A stretch of DNA of 48,978 bases, taken from contig ML992510.1 in assembly GCA_010093995.1 (NCBI GenBank), forward strand, positions 1,334,326-1,383,303, given 5' to 3'. Positions 24,101 to 35,489 of the stretch are shown in pieces; the stretch's first letter is position 1, and each line of letters opens with the position of its first letter. The position numbers and the translations under genes were made by a program. The DNA is from Elsinoe ampelina (Eukaryota). The notes under the pieces are model-generated. The model did not search any database and was not told the DNA's origin. It saw only the letters and a list, made by a program, of their open reading frames with translations.

Positions 24101-25240
24101 GTGTTTCTTCTTTTGCCGATCCATCTCCTGAAAGTAGAGCTGCCTTGCTAGCTTATGGTCCTGCAGTCCTTGAATAGGCTGATCGCCTCGTCTTCTTAGC
24201 GTAGTAACTCGGTTCCTCGCTGCTGTCATAGACTGTCGAAGGATTGTAAGGTCTTTCGTCCACCATCGTTTGGCATGTGGGCTAGGTCTGGCCCTTGGAA
24301 CTTTGGCTATGATCTCGCTACTGACGAGCTCACAAAACTGTTTTGTCGCTTGCTCTAGCGTCGCAACATCCACCGTCTGTGATACTGGGGGTAGCTTGCT
24401 CTTAATGGCCTGGCGGATGCTGCTCCAATCGGCGTCTTGAAAGAGGAGTCTTCCTTTGAAGGGTATCTTTGTCGAAGGTGACTTGTCCCCGATAAGGGTG
24501 AGCGAGATTGCCCAGTGATCGGATCCATGATCTGTCGAGTGGACGTTACACTTCTCCAGCTGCTGGACAACCTCTCCGCAGGCGAGGATCACATCAGGCG
24601 TAGATGCCATTCGGAGCCCTTGATGTTGCCACGTGATGGTACCTGGGCGTAGGAGAGATCTTAGCCTAGTTTCGGCCGCGAATCTGACAATAGTGTTTCC
24701 CTCGTTGTTCCTTACAGGTGAGATTGATCCAGTCCAGATAGGGTGGTGCCGGTTGAAGTCTGTGGTCACTATAACCCTTACGCTCTCTCCCTGTTCTGCC
24801 CGAATCCTAGTGATTATCTCGCTGAGTTGTCCCAGTTTCTTGTCGAGAGCTCTGTCTATCGTCTCCGCTCTCAACTTGATGTCCCGGGGATCGTATGCTG
24901 CGATGAGGAGTGTCTTGCTGTTGGCTTCCTTAAGTAACACTGCTACCATGTCGTGGGACTCCAGGGGGATAGCGCTAGCTTGCACCTGAGCGTTAACCCA
25001 GATCGCTACCCTGTATTTATGCCTGGTGTCGCCGTCTTCTCGTAGTATTGTTGGGAGAAAGGCCTGCCATTTCCTATGTTGGCCAATGACGGGTTCTCCG
25101 GTTGTTGGGTCCTGATGTATGTACGGTTCGACCGTAGACAAGACGTAGTATCCTGCCAGGTCTAGGTCATTGAGCATGCTGTGCTGAACCTGTTTCCGTT
25201 TCCCCACGTTGTAATGAAGGAATCGTGGTCCTCCTACCAT
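21197..25240 (-). CDS. LINE ORF2: AP endonuclease, reverse transcriptase and RNase H (1347 aa)
   Basis: EN motifs HYNV, TDFNRHH, HGSDH; RT motifs YRPISLL, FDVQGAFN, GIPQGSPMSP, GFIEDF, LGVHLD; RNase H motifs YTDAS, AEA, FTDS, WIPAH..GN..AD; C-terminal CECG..HVMLTC. Confidence 0.97.
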   Translation of the reverse strand: MVGGPRFLHYNVGKRKQVQHSMLNDLDLAGYYVLSTVEPYIHQDPTTGEPVIGQHRKWQAFLPTILREDGDTRHKYRVAIWVNAQVQASAIPLESHDMVAVLLKEANSKTLLIAAYDPRDIKLRAETIDRALDKKLGQLSEIITRIRAEQGESVRVIVTTDFNRHHPIWTGSISPVRNNEGNTIVRFAAETRLRSLLRPGTITWQHQGLRMASTPDVILACGEVVQQLEKCNVHSTDHGSDHWAISLTLIGDKSPSTKIPFKGRLLFQDADWSSIRQAIKSKLPPVSQTVDVATLEQATKQFCELVSSEIIAKVPRARPSPHAKRWWTKDLTILRQSMTAARNRVTTLRRRGDQPIQGLQDHKLARQLYFQEMDRQKKKHWREFLEDPSNVWKANQYTKLANTSLQIPKLSKGSQTAETDEGKASLLMETFFPVPPQPEPHSRNTRAWLKQKSQRKEERPPTTKAPISLREIREAIMTSNPKKAAGTDEMSFAIWQEVLPVTSDWIRWLYQASMDLTYIPKDWRMAKIVVIRQPGRADYTVPKAYRPISLLSTLSKGLEAIVARRLSYLAERYNLLPASHFGGRPQRSCEDAINKLVIAVHKAWRGNRVVSLVTFDVQGAFNGVFPRILGERLRERGIPSKLVQWIVAFCSERSAAIQIGNFLSQVAPIQHAGIPQGSPMSPVLYTFYNANLVDLNLGRRGSTIGFIEDFTAWTSADCIESATAELQRLVVPHAEAWAAESGAVFEAEKTGLIHFVRPMSAGTTETGSVLRFLDQTIQPKETLRILGVHLDCGLRMSSHINKTLVKAMRTCHQLTNVRGLRPRQMRQLYQAVVETKIDYAGAVWYAKDKTGYAGALDRFKAVDKLGASLVIAAFRTVSYEAVVDEANITPTKERLERKVAAIAVRAASMPQTHFLGPTWQRLIDGKGSYISPIGSTLKRHNKRIRLDTTFGPTVRQSYGPCPWRELATVRSVDEENIAIQEHNSIVARRSSGQNHIALYTDASCRNRLAGVAVVSRQCGLDDSLTICTKETIGWVSTCSVVSAEAQAVTLGIEAVCNRTSWKGKIWIFTDSKAILRQIERRRGSAATFEAVQQLLLTLEKATEDGWKVEFRWIPAHRDIDGNTAADALAKTMTRPGLKPSRDPLIRIRERKVVTALIGKDIRQAQKAARQPKFGAYTYMLDRALPGKHTVQLYGDLTREQAAILAQARTGNTFLHSFQARIDRTASPSCECGALREDVHHVMLTCPRWTDQRAVLREAAGARQGDLSYLLGGWSGRINPFTGKLLDGPKEKWAANMRVVKASIEFLKQTTRMQAPPTRTAKEDCRPRPSQTNTINNYFVSLRGQGSR

Positions 25241-25334
25241 TGGATTGGGTCTCTAGTGGTGTCCATTACGTCTTGGCTGTCGGCCACCTTGTCTGACAAC
25301 TCTGTCACTTCCACCCTCGGTACTTGGTTCTTTG

Positions 25335-25996
25335 CTAGGGTTTCCCCTTTGCTGTATCTCGGCGGCGAGGGCACTTCCGGCTGTCCATAACGACATGATC
25401 CCCTGCACATGCAGGGCACTTAGGCCTTTCTCTGTTGGTGCAGTCCCTGGTTGCGTGTCCTTGAGAGCAAATTGGGCACTTTGTCGGTCTTTCCCAGTTC
25501 ATCTGCATATGTCCGTAGTAATTGCACTTGTAGCAGGGGCCTCTGACCTCGGCCATAATGTACGGGGAAACAAAGGCTCCACAGGCTCCGAAGATAGCTG
25601 TCCCTCTCCGGAGCAACTGATTGGCTCCATTCTTGTCCTTGAACCATAGAACCATGGACCCAGTGGTCTTGACGTTGTTCGCCTTGCTGAGCCATCTAGA
25701 CTTCATAATTGTGCAGTCCCTTGCGGAGTTTCTATTTGCCTTTGCGAAGTCTCCTCATGGATTTGGATAGGTGTTTCTGTCCTGCGTTTCTTGCTCTTAT
25801 CAGCGTCAAATTGGAACACAATTTCCTTCTGATGTCCGGCGTCTGTTAGCACCTTTTTTGGTCTGCCTACCCCTCTGTTCACCCTCTTCTCTACTGTCTG
25901 CCATTCTCCTGTTTCCCCAGCTTCGTGGCTTGGCGTGACGGTGAGATTCGTCGATGCGTTGTCCCCCCGCACAGAGCTCTGAATCCCCACGCACAA
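25335..25996 (-). pseudogene. LINE ORF1 (gag-like) remnant with three Cys/His knuckles
   Basis: CYKCNYYGHMQMNW, CPICSQGHATRDC, CPACAGDH...C. The upstream basic segment (RGVGRPKK) is in a different frame, with the break near 25755. Confidence 0.8.
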
Positions 25997-28084
25997 TCAA
26001 CCCCGCTTGGACTGTGCATCGCAAGGTTCAGGGTACTGTAAGCTGAGTTCTCCAGCGGCGGATGTAGCGGCGCATCTAACTAAGATCTGATAGGTTTCTG
26101 AGGAATATCAGCATCTGATTCAATATCGCATTCTTGCGCAGCTTGTTTTCTGAACTGTCGACGCATCTTTCAGCGCATTGTGATCTAGCGAGACGAAGCT
26201 TGGAGTCAATTTGTGCTACCTAGAGCGAATGACAAGACGTGCAATGTGCTAGAATTATTCGGTCGCGAAGACTGCTGCAATTATGTGAACCTGGGTGCAC
26301 AGAGTCCGAAATGTTAATTTGCCTCGATAGATCGACAATCAAGTCGATTAGAATGATAAAATTACACGGATCCCGGCTTGTACACCGGGATTTGTCCCAT
26401 TTGCAACAAAGAGCGGATCGTTCGCTCGGCCAAATTAAGCTTTCGAGACACCTTAGATTTCCTGAACACGTATATGGTGTTTGCCGCGAGTAGCACTAAC
26501 AAGCTAGAAACCTCGATGAGGTAGAGCCTTGCAACGCAAACGGACAGGAAAAGGTGAGGCTTTCGCGGGCCGTGAGCGGTAAAATGTATCGAGAGATCGC
26601 AAAAAGAGATCAGACGTTGACTGGTAAGTAGTCAGCGTTTCAGTATTCGTGCAGCCGAAAGCATCACTGATACCTTATTCTTCTGAGCCGGATGAGCTCC
26701 CTAAGATGCAAATTAGGCGGCGTTCTACATAAAATGTCCTGCGTGCTGTTTGCAGCTTTGACAGCGGGAAGTGACGCAGGAGTAGATGTGATGAGTCCGT
26801 GACGACGCTTGTGCCAGGCACACATCTTTTAGGAATCATAGTATCCTCTTTCTTGAGTACAGCATCCACCTTTCTGCCCACGTCATTTTTGTCCGTGATT
26901 GTAACATCCTAGCATCCTCTTCCTTGGAAGGTTCATCCGGCCACATCCTCCTGCTCAAGCCGAGTGTGATAGCCCTGAGATGGCGCCGAGTCTATCATGC
27001 TTGGGGATGTTGAGCTAACTTCAACGAAGCGGTAGTGCTCATGAACCGAGAAAGACCAACGCGAACCAACGGAACGCAGTCGTACTTATCGCTAGACAAT
27101 TACGTCGTGCTCGCTGGCAGTGACGGCGAAGACACGAGTGTTGGAGAGACTCGTGCTCATATATATTTGCGAGAGCCATGGACAGTGTCTGCAGCCAATA
27201 CCAATACCTGACAAGCTTATCGGGCCGTTAGGCAACGGCAGAAGAGGGCATTCGCCAACGATACAGCCGGGAATGCCGCTGACGTTGAGCGACCGAGGAC
27301 TGTCGCTGTTTAATCAAGCCTGGATTCAACCAGCTCAAGGCCCGAGCTGTGTCTCGAAGCGTCAATCATGGCACAGGACGAACACCATTACGGCGAGTGT
27401 TTCGCTTGAGATTGCCTTTTTGTCTTCTGTGCTCTTTTCCTACGATGTGCGTCATGATTGTGTTCCAGGTTGATATCGAAGGAATAATTACAGGCCAAGT
27501 GCGCATGGTAAGATTTGCTGTGCCGGGTATCTTGTGTTCGCTTGCATATTGTGTTGTGCCGGAAGAGGGGTCCGCTTGTTCGCTTGTCTGTATCTAGTTG
27601 ACATGTCGCGTCCAGCAGTCGTTATTTTGATGACTCTTCTCACGATTGTCTTGATCCTGGCCCATCATCACTTGCTGTGACGTGCCGCCGAGTAATTGAT
27701 TCGTATGACCCGGTTGGAGATCAACATCGTTCGGAGATGGACTTGAGAGGTATGGAAATGGACTTGAGAGGAAAGGCGCTGGCGAAAAGACGGTATCTGG
27801 GTATGGGGATGTCGTGTTGTCCGACTGACATCATCATGTGCAAATCTTGGGTGCAGGAATGATAGCGTGAGGCATTTTGGTTTGAGTGCTTCTTGCTGTA
27901 GAAGTGGAAGACGAATATTATTCAACAGAATCGTAGACTTGCGAAGCAAAAGCAAATGGATGGGACCGGCAAATTGCCGGCTGATAGCAAGCCTTTTGGT
28001 CTTTACAGCACATTCGTCAGGGCGACTTGCACTTCCTGTCTCTGGCTAGAGTACACTCGCCATCAACGAGAGGTCGAAAGATGG

Positions 28085-28444
28085 CTAGCCCAAATTCTTC
28101 TTGCCCTTCTCTCTGAGCTCTTCAAGCATTCTCTTATATTCTGCGTTCTTGTCTGTTGCCGCCGTGTCGAAAGAGGCTACTGCCAGCTTCCCGTGTGTGG
28201 TGTTCTTCTTGACCCACTCCTTGAGTACGGGACTCTTGGCTTGGGAATTCACCTGGAGCACGACGTTCAATTTCTTCGTCTCCGAATCAAAACGGCCAGC
28301 GTCGAGACGCATTTCATACTCAGCATCCTTGACCTTGGTCGGCAGGATGCGAGATCCCTCGACGACGGATTCAGTGAACTTGGCCGGTGCGTTTGGGATG
28401 GCCGTGGCTTTGCTGACAAATGCCGCTAGCTTCTTGCTGCTCAT
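28085..28444 (-). CDS. Small Lys-rich hypothetical protein (119 aa)
   Basis: Intronless ORF MSSKKLAAFV...RLDAG..NVVLQVNSQ..THGKLA with C/G-ending codon bias and a TATATA-rich stretch upstream (~28620-28640). Confidence 0.75.
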   Translation of the reverse strand: MSSKKLAAFVSKATAIPNAPAKFTESVVEGSRILPTKVKDAEYEMRLDAGRFDSETKKLNVVLQVNSQAKSPVLKEWVKKNTTHGKLAVASFDTAATDKNAEYKRMLEELREKGKKNLG

Positions 28445-29311
28445 CGTGAATGTCGTCTGAAACTTCTTAGATGTCGCATCTAGCTTGGAACAAGGTACCA
28501 ATTCCTCACGCTGAGAAAATGTATAGGTAGTATCGTAGCGGTGTCGGGTGATACAAGCCTGGGGGATCCAATAGAGATATCTGATTTGGGATATTCGAGT
28601 GCAGCATAGATCCCCCGATATGTGTATATATATATGTGTATTTATTTCAATCGACTAGACCATGTATGAGATTCGTCACATCGACAACGCGAAGCACGTA
28701 TCTACTATTATGTTCAGCGCGTAATTCCGTACAAGCCGACTCGCCAATCAGGTGGTAAGACAGATATAACTACACACTGGCGGTTAAGGGTCACTCTCAG
28801 ACAGCAGATCTCTATCTCCCGTGAGCTGACGTTCAGAGAGGTGTTTCGCGAGACGCTAGAGACGTTTGCGAAACGCCAACTCGAGCTCGGTCAGGTGTTT
28901 TCGGCCATTGTTGAAAATCTGTCATAATCTCACACAGTCTCGAGTACCTGGAGAGCTGATACTGACTGCTAAGTGTGCACGAAGCGAATAGTTGAATGAT
29001 CCTTCTGTTGGAATGATATACACCTCGCTCGGTGCAGACTGCTACTTGATATGGCATCGGCAAGCCGAGACGGATCGACATGTACTGAGATTTTTAGGTT
29101 GTCAGTCATACCCCGGAAACGCAAGAAATGCGTTCAAGCGTAACTGACAACCTCAAATTTCCGGTACTAAAAATAACCTTGGCCTCACCCGCAAGTCCTG
29201 GAACGCCAAGACAGGTTGCCGCCCACCAAGAACAAGTTCGAGGTGCACCTCACTCGTCACAAAGTCAATGTTGCCGTCCTCCAACGGCAACAAAGATTAT
29301 GCGCCGAAACT

Positions 29312-31082
29312 ATGGAGTATCGTCATGCATCGCTCTGGCGCCTACGCAATCGTATTAGAGCTCCTCTCGTAGTAGAATCATTATCCCACGCCTTTCGGAG
29401 CCAAGTTTTCGCTCATACCGCTGTGCCTCGCACGCCTGTGAGGCGCTATCCGGCCATGCATCAGGCTCATGGTAGGCGTAACGTACCTAAACAAATATTC
29501 TTGGCTGATGTACGAGTCTATCAGATCCCTATCATTATTCATGCGGAAGATGGCTCCGTGACGATACAGCTAGAAGGCAAGCGCGTCACATGAAGTTCAA
29601 TTTTCAACTACTCTGCGACAGAGTGGTGAAGCTATCTCCAGGGGCTACTGCTGTGAAATCGTGGCACAAGAAGGAAGGTGGCTTCAATCGCGTCTTCATC
29701 ATGGACCTTGATTCGGGAGCGCGGCTTGTGGCGAGGGTCCCATATCCTGATGTTGGTCTCCCACAGACTCTATCAACTGCCTCCGAGGTGGCGACGATTG
29801 CTTACTGTGCGTATCTCCGGCGAGTCTGTAGCCGCGCACTGACATCTGCTTTACAGTACAGCAACACACGAGTGTTCCGATCCCAAAGGTCGTGGAATGG
29901 AATACCGATCCACGGAACGACGTCGGATGCGAGTATATAATCATGGAGGAAGCTCGTGGAGTGCTCCTGAGCCACAAATGGAATGGAATGACAACGCCAC
30001 AGCGAGTGTCGTGTATGGATTCCATCTTTCAAAACATGAAGCAGCTTCACGATTTGAATTTTCCTGGATATGGCAGTGTGCATTCTGATAATATAAGCTC
30101 CCTGGAGCTGACAAAGCTTGGCCTGGAAACTGGGTTCTACCTCTCACAGCACTGCGGTACCAGGTACTGGGATGGCGGTAGCAGAACCTGTACATCACTC
30201 AATCGTGGACCATGTAAGCTATATGCTCAGGTTTTGAGGCTAAGTGGCTAATGCTGTTGTATAGGGAAAGACATGTGCGGATTCTCGGACAGTCTTGTCG
30301 ATGTCGGTATTGCACGTATCCCTACTGGACTATCATCTGAGCTGCGACGTCCCTATCAAGGCCGAACCGGAGAGCATGCCAAACTTCTCGCCATCGGTCG
30401 CTCCATTTTACGGCAACTGTCAAGCAGCTCAATCATCCAAAAGGCTTCAACGCCACTCTTATACCATCCAGATCTACACACCCGCAACATCTTTGTTTCC
30501 GAACATGACCCAACTGTTGTGACCGATATTATCGACTGGCAGGGTGCCAGCGTGGAACCAGCTTTCTGGTATGCCGATGAAATACCAGATTTCGCCACAT
30601 CGAATGACGAGATATGTGCCCAGACTTTTGCGGTATGCTCATCCTTCTTACTACCAAAGCTGGCTTTGCCAAAACAGATGAACGAGAACCTTTTCAGACC
30701 TTACAGATACTGCTATCGTACATGGAAGGACGGGATCCCGGCGTTTCGGCATGAACTGGCTGAGACACTGAAGCACTGGACTGACTTGGAATTGGAAGTC
30801 GACCCGCCGGATGTTCCGTCGGATGTCATCTGTGAGGACCAAAAAGCATATAATATGTTTGTCACCGCCCAGACTCTCAAGAAAGACCTAGCAGATCTAT
30901 TGGGTTGTGAGACCGATGGTTGGGTACGAGCGGAAGCATATGATCAGACAGAGAAAGCTCATGGGGAGCTCTTTCGCGGTATGTTGCAGGCTGTACTACA
31001 AGCCGATGCGCACGATCCATCGGAGACCGTCAATGACGAAGAGACTTTACGAGCGATATGGCCATTCGACCTAGAAATATGA
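29312..31082 (+). CDS. Aminoglycoside-phosphotransferase/kinase-like protein (AIM9-like family), four exons
   Basis: Motifs YSCGRWL, EGGFNRVF, VARVP, ASEVAT, PIPKV, EYIIMEEARG, HPDLHTRNIFV, IIDWQ, terminal WPFD. In-frame introns 29472-29524, 29807-29856 and 30214-30264. Arg-rich, acid-poor N-terminus. Confidence 0.9.
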
Positions 31083-31599
31083 GAAGAAGCAAGACATCCC
31101 GATAAATCGACGTTGATCGACAGAGAACTAATCCGACTACGAATGTTGAACTATGTCTTGAAGGCAGTGGATGGACATCTAGTTGTGTATTTCGGCTTCA
31201 ATCCTAGTCACAATTCTGCACAAAGACTGAGATACTTTCCTGGGTACGAATCAGGTCGTACTATAATCGTCTTGCAAGCCAAGTGCCTTTTTCGGCGTTT
31301 CTCTGAATCCATCGTCATTCGGATGAAGCCTCCTTCTGTATTCTTGCTATCAAAAAGCCCGGGATTTGCTTGGCAACCCGCCTAGGTACCTCATCCAAAA
31401 TTGACCACTTTTGACCCATTTCATCAATATCGACACCAGTTCAGCCCCGTTTGAAGTCGAGCTGGTCTATGCCATTGATTCATCTCGGTAGCCATATAGG
31501 TTCGAACTGATTCGAATTGGACTCGCACTAGGATGGCACCTTTACCTATTCAAAACCAGCGCGACATCAAGGCTCGAAAAAACGATAGATAGCGTTCAC

Positions 31600-32110
31600 A
31601 GACTGATACCTCACCTCTCAAGGAGTGCTATCGGCCGAAAGCGCAAAAGTGGGCGTAATACTGGCCATGTCGAGCTTCCAATTGCCCTCCAAGATACTCA
31701 ATGATCATCAACGAATTGCAATAGATGAGCTAGATACATACCTAGACGAGTATACAGAGCCCATTAAGGATGCTTAGAGCGTTTCAGTCCCTGAATCTAC
31801 CGTTAGTCGTAGCCTCATTCCAAGAGATTTGCCACTAAAGGTAATGGGTCGGATTGCTAGCTAAGGGGACGTGGGACTACGCGCTATTTAGCGTAAGGAC
31901 GTTACGTACTATAAGAGCAAATAGCTCGTCTTTGTTAACGAGGCTGTAGTAAGCGAGAGGTGTCTTATGAGGCGCCGAGGTCGTGCTACACGAGGTGTGC
32001 CAGGGGCGGATCGAACAGGCTGCCATATCAGTAAGCGCTTTTCAGTGCACCCAGCCATTACTGATGAGGTTTGGTCAAAGGATATTGTGGCTTCCAAGGT
32101 TAGATCACTG
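31600..32110 (+). mobile_element. Tc1/mariner-IS630-like transposase relic, RIP-affected
   Basis: YLDE (31739), SVPESTVSRSL, VFVN(D)E (31928), RRGRATRG, KRFSVHPAIT, with several TAG stops. Boundaries approximate. Confidence 0.7.
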
Positions 32111-32391
32111 CTGAGAACTTTTAGAATGGGTTCGAAGATCGCCTTATGCCGTAGTGCACCCCGTTTCTAGGTCCTAGATTCGTTGAGGTGTTGGATAATC
32201 ACTCTATCCATCGCAGGGAGGTAGGCGATTCCTAATATCAGTACGTTTGGCGAAAGCTATTGGAAAGCTCTGGTCAAAGCTTCATTTCGCTTGAGCCTTG
32301 TCAGACTTGGCTGCAATCTTCTTCCGTAGCTCGTTCTAGAGCTTTGATGCAGGGCTGTTTGTCATACTTGGCCATGTCGGGCCAGCCATGC

Positions 32392-32960
32392 TCACGCAGT
32401 ATCATTTGCAGGCCACCGGTCATTCACCTCTCTTGAGCCAGTTGGGAAAGAGTCGAGATTCCTGATCAGATCCTTGAGTACTTCGAAGGAATCGGGTACT
32501 GCCCACGCTAGAGCATTGTCACGCCAATCAGCTTCGAGTTTCGAGGTGACTTCAGGATAATCGCATGTGACTTGCTCTCGCAGTGACTGCTCGCCAATAG
32601 GCGCGACCCCTTCGTGCCAGTAGATTACGCCAGCCTTTGTGTCGAGCAGGAAAATTGGCATCTCCGCAACGCGTCTCATGAGACTGATCACATGTAAAGG
32701 TACTTTTAAATCTAGAACGACTTCGCCCTCAGTGAGAATCATCATTGACTCGAAGTCAGGTTGAGTCTTGATCAAACCTATCCGGTCCTCGAAGTGAGCG
32801 TCACTAGCGCGCTCTACTTGCGGACCCATGTAGGGTAAATGTCTGAGCAGTGTCTCCACTTCGTCCGATTTGTTGAAGTCCTCGGGGAATGTCACTAGCT
32901 TAGGCCATCCCAACTCAGGCGGTCTACTCGATATTCAACGAAATTCCTGTCTTACGGCCT
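32392..32960 (-). pseudogene. Fragment of a fungal hypothetical protein
   Basis: PPELGWPK..KSDEVETLLRHLPYM..FLLDTKAGVIYW..WR..AWAVPDSFEVLKD looks protein-coding, but no proper start is visible. Confidence 0.5.
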
Positions 32961-33000
32961 GCGGGAACTATAGTCACTTCACACGCAGTTCTTGTCGAAA

Positions 33001-33644
33001 ATGGAGTGCCTGCTCGAACTGGAATGGCAAACTTTTACATTCCAAGGAATAAATTCTATGCCATTTGTGGAACAATTTATCGGGACGAGGCTGTCCGTAC
33101 ACTTAAACTGGACAAACGAGCAATCACCTTGGGATCCGATGCTCAACGAGGCACCACATGCGTCGTCCGGTCTGCCGCGGGATCACCCGTCTTTGCTGCA
33201 TGCGGAGGATCAGCAACCGATCAAGGCGAAAAGGGTTCATTTTGCGTTAAGACAGGACATTTTCATGCGAGGGACGCTGATGTCAGTACGTAACAAATTT
33301 GCCAGCATCAGTTATGACATAAATCTAATGAAACGCGAAGACGGCAGTGTCTTAGCTTTGGGTCTTCACACGTCGATGACTAACTTACCCCCAAAGTCGA
33401 CCTCCTCGCACCTATAGTCCCGGTATCGAACAGAACCTATCAAATCACACCAAGTTTGACTCTTCATATTTTGGTGATAGCCAAAGTAAATCAACCTAGA
33501 CCTACTGAAGTGGATGCCGCTAAGGTGATTACGATTGACTTTGAAGAAAAGCAGCCGGATGTTAGTGTAGAGCACAACGATGATGACTCGCTGATGTTAG
33601 TCATGGATCGTCCAATCATGTTCTATAGAAAGACTCGGATGTGA
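33001..33644 (+). CDS. Possible spliced hypothetical protein
   Basis: ATG at 33001, ORFs 32992-33417 and 33456-33644, and a GTACGT donor plus CTAAT branch-like site around 33286-33345. Exon structure unresolved. Confidence 0.35.
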
Positions 33645-33896
33645 GCAATTCCTAAGCCTGAAATATCCTGAGGAATCCGCTGCTGTTGAGGCCTTCAGTG
33701 AAACTAAGTATGTTGTGATCACGCTGTCGTCCTGATGACGGCGAATCTGGAAAGAGAGCTTGGCAATCCCTCCCGGCCACGGCACTGCAATTTTGCATAC
33801 GTCTTCCGAGTCCATGCGTTCCTCCCCGCATCGTGTAGTCCACTCTGTGCTTGAGCATAAATCCCATGATCGACGACTATGGTGCACACTATGCTA

Positions 33897-33969
33897 GCTC
33901 ATGCAAGGTGCGCCATCTCAGTGGATGCAAGGGCTCATGCAAAGTGCGCCATCTCAGCTCATGCAAAGC
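33897..33969. repeat. Imperfect short tandem repeat (GCTCATGCAARGTGCGCCATCTCAG x2 plus partial units)
   Basis: Directly visible in the sequence. Confidence 0.8.
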
Positions 33970-34548
33970 GATTGCATTTCAGAAAAGCCCAAGACCTCTG
34001 CTGGCGTTGAATTCAACTCATTGGAGCCTTCTTTCTTGCAGATTGGTATGACGAGATCTCCTTTGCGGTGGTCAATGTCGCTGTGATCTGCTTCCCACGA
34101 AGCCTTCACCGCAGTCCCTAGCGGAATACGGTCGTCCTGCTCCAGCTCCATAATAGCCACTACTCGTCCTAGCCGACTCGCCTGTCGAGTTTGACGACGA
34201 GCATGTTTCTGCTTGAACCATGTAGCCGATTCGCAGAAGATGTCCCGGGCTCTGACACGCGACTCTCCCCATCAAGACCAGCATCTTCCCGACAGGGCAG
34301 TTCAACGGCGACCTATGATCCCAAAAAAGCTGAAGTCGTCCGTTCAGTGTAGGTATCTTCTATGATCCATCGCAATCTTGTACCCGAATTACGTGAGTTA
34401 AGCCAAAGATTCAAGTCAGGAAGATTTCAATCGTCCTGTTGACCAAGATGACTCAAGTGAAGTTCAAGAAATAGTAGATGACACATAGGATGATAGATAA
34501 ATTTTCTGGGTAATAGCTACCAATTGTTTATCATGCGTTTCACCACCG

Positions 34549-35425
34549 ATGGACTACGAATTGGACATAAGAACCGTTCTGGGCGCTGAACAACATAGCC
34601 CTCAAATAGAAGCACCTCACACGGTGCATGGCCGGCTGCGGATAATCGATCCTCAAGCACTCGGAGGATTGCTAGCAGCGCTTATGTACAAGCCTTGCAT
34701 GTACTTGGACAAGATGGTAGTCTTCCCCTTTGATCAATTCGGCATTGAGGCTGCAATTGCAACTGTCCACCGAGCGCTGGAGCCGGTAGGCTGGAACCGG
34801 AAGGCCTCTCGGAAGATTGCAGCGGTGCCAAGCTCTTCGTGATGCTCATATGGCCCTTGCGAGTAGCTTTGAGCCTTTTCAATTGGTCTATATCGATCAA
34901 TCTGGTTGTGATGAACAAGTCGGAATACGCAAATTTGGCTGGTCTCCAGAGGGTGTGACTCCTGAGCAGATTGTTAATGCCGAGCGAGGTTAGGGAGTCC
35001 AGATCTTACCAGCTTACACTGTTGCTGGTGTGATGACTGCTGAGATCTTTGCTCGCTATACTGATGAAGAGCGCTTCTTTGACCGGCTATCGGAGAAGGT
35101 ACTGCCGCTTTGTCAGCCATATCCTCAGCCTCGCTCTATCCTTATTATGAATAACGCCTCATTTCACCGGTCTGAAAGGATCTCTCAAGCGTGTGAGCAC
35201 GCTGGTGTGCAATTCATATACCTCTCTCCTTACTCACAAGATTTCAATCCTATCGAGTCCTTCTTCTCGCAGTCGAAGGGGATAGTCAAACGGCATTGGA
35301 TGCTGTGGGAAGAAGGCGATTATGTCGACTTGGAGGACTTCATGGCAGGTTGTGTAAGGATAGCTGGAGGTGATAGTAATGCAGCAAGAAGCCACTTCAG
35401 AGATTGCTATATTGAGTGCGACTGA
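34549..35425 (+). mobile_element. Tc1/mariner-IS630 (DDE_3) transposase pseudogene
   Basis: MYLDKM..ATVHRAL..GW; VYIDQSG; FGWSPEG; QILPAYT; PRSILIMNNASFH; YLSPYSQDFNPIE. Frameshift near 34830, TAG at ~34991, second catalytic Asp changed to Asn (35150). Confidence 0.9.
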
Positions 35426-35489
35426 AGTCATGTGGTTTCGAATTAGGAAGTGCAAATATCCAACTTTACCTCTGCCTTTGACTCCTTCT

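Larger units (their letters stand above)
21001..26040 (-). mobile_element. Tad1-like LINE retrotransposon, near full length, ORF1 apparently partly deleted
   Basis: ORF1 zinc knuckles, a full ORF2, and a 3' end AATAAA followed by (TCAA)4 on the minus strand. 5' boundary approximate; no target-site duplication found. Confidence 0.9.

Noticed and set aside
20980..26060. Target-site duplication around the LINE
   Set aside because: No matching direct repeat found by eye at the two ends.
26360..26410. LHGSRLVHRDLS in ORF 26239-26493 resembles a protein kinase catalytic loop
   Set aside because: No following Asn or DFG motif and no other kinase subdomain in any frame; likely chance.
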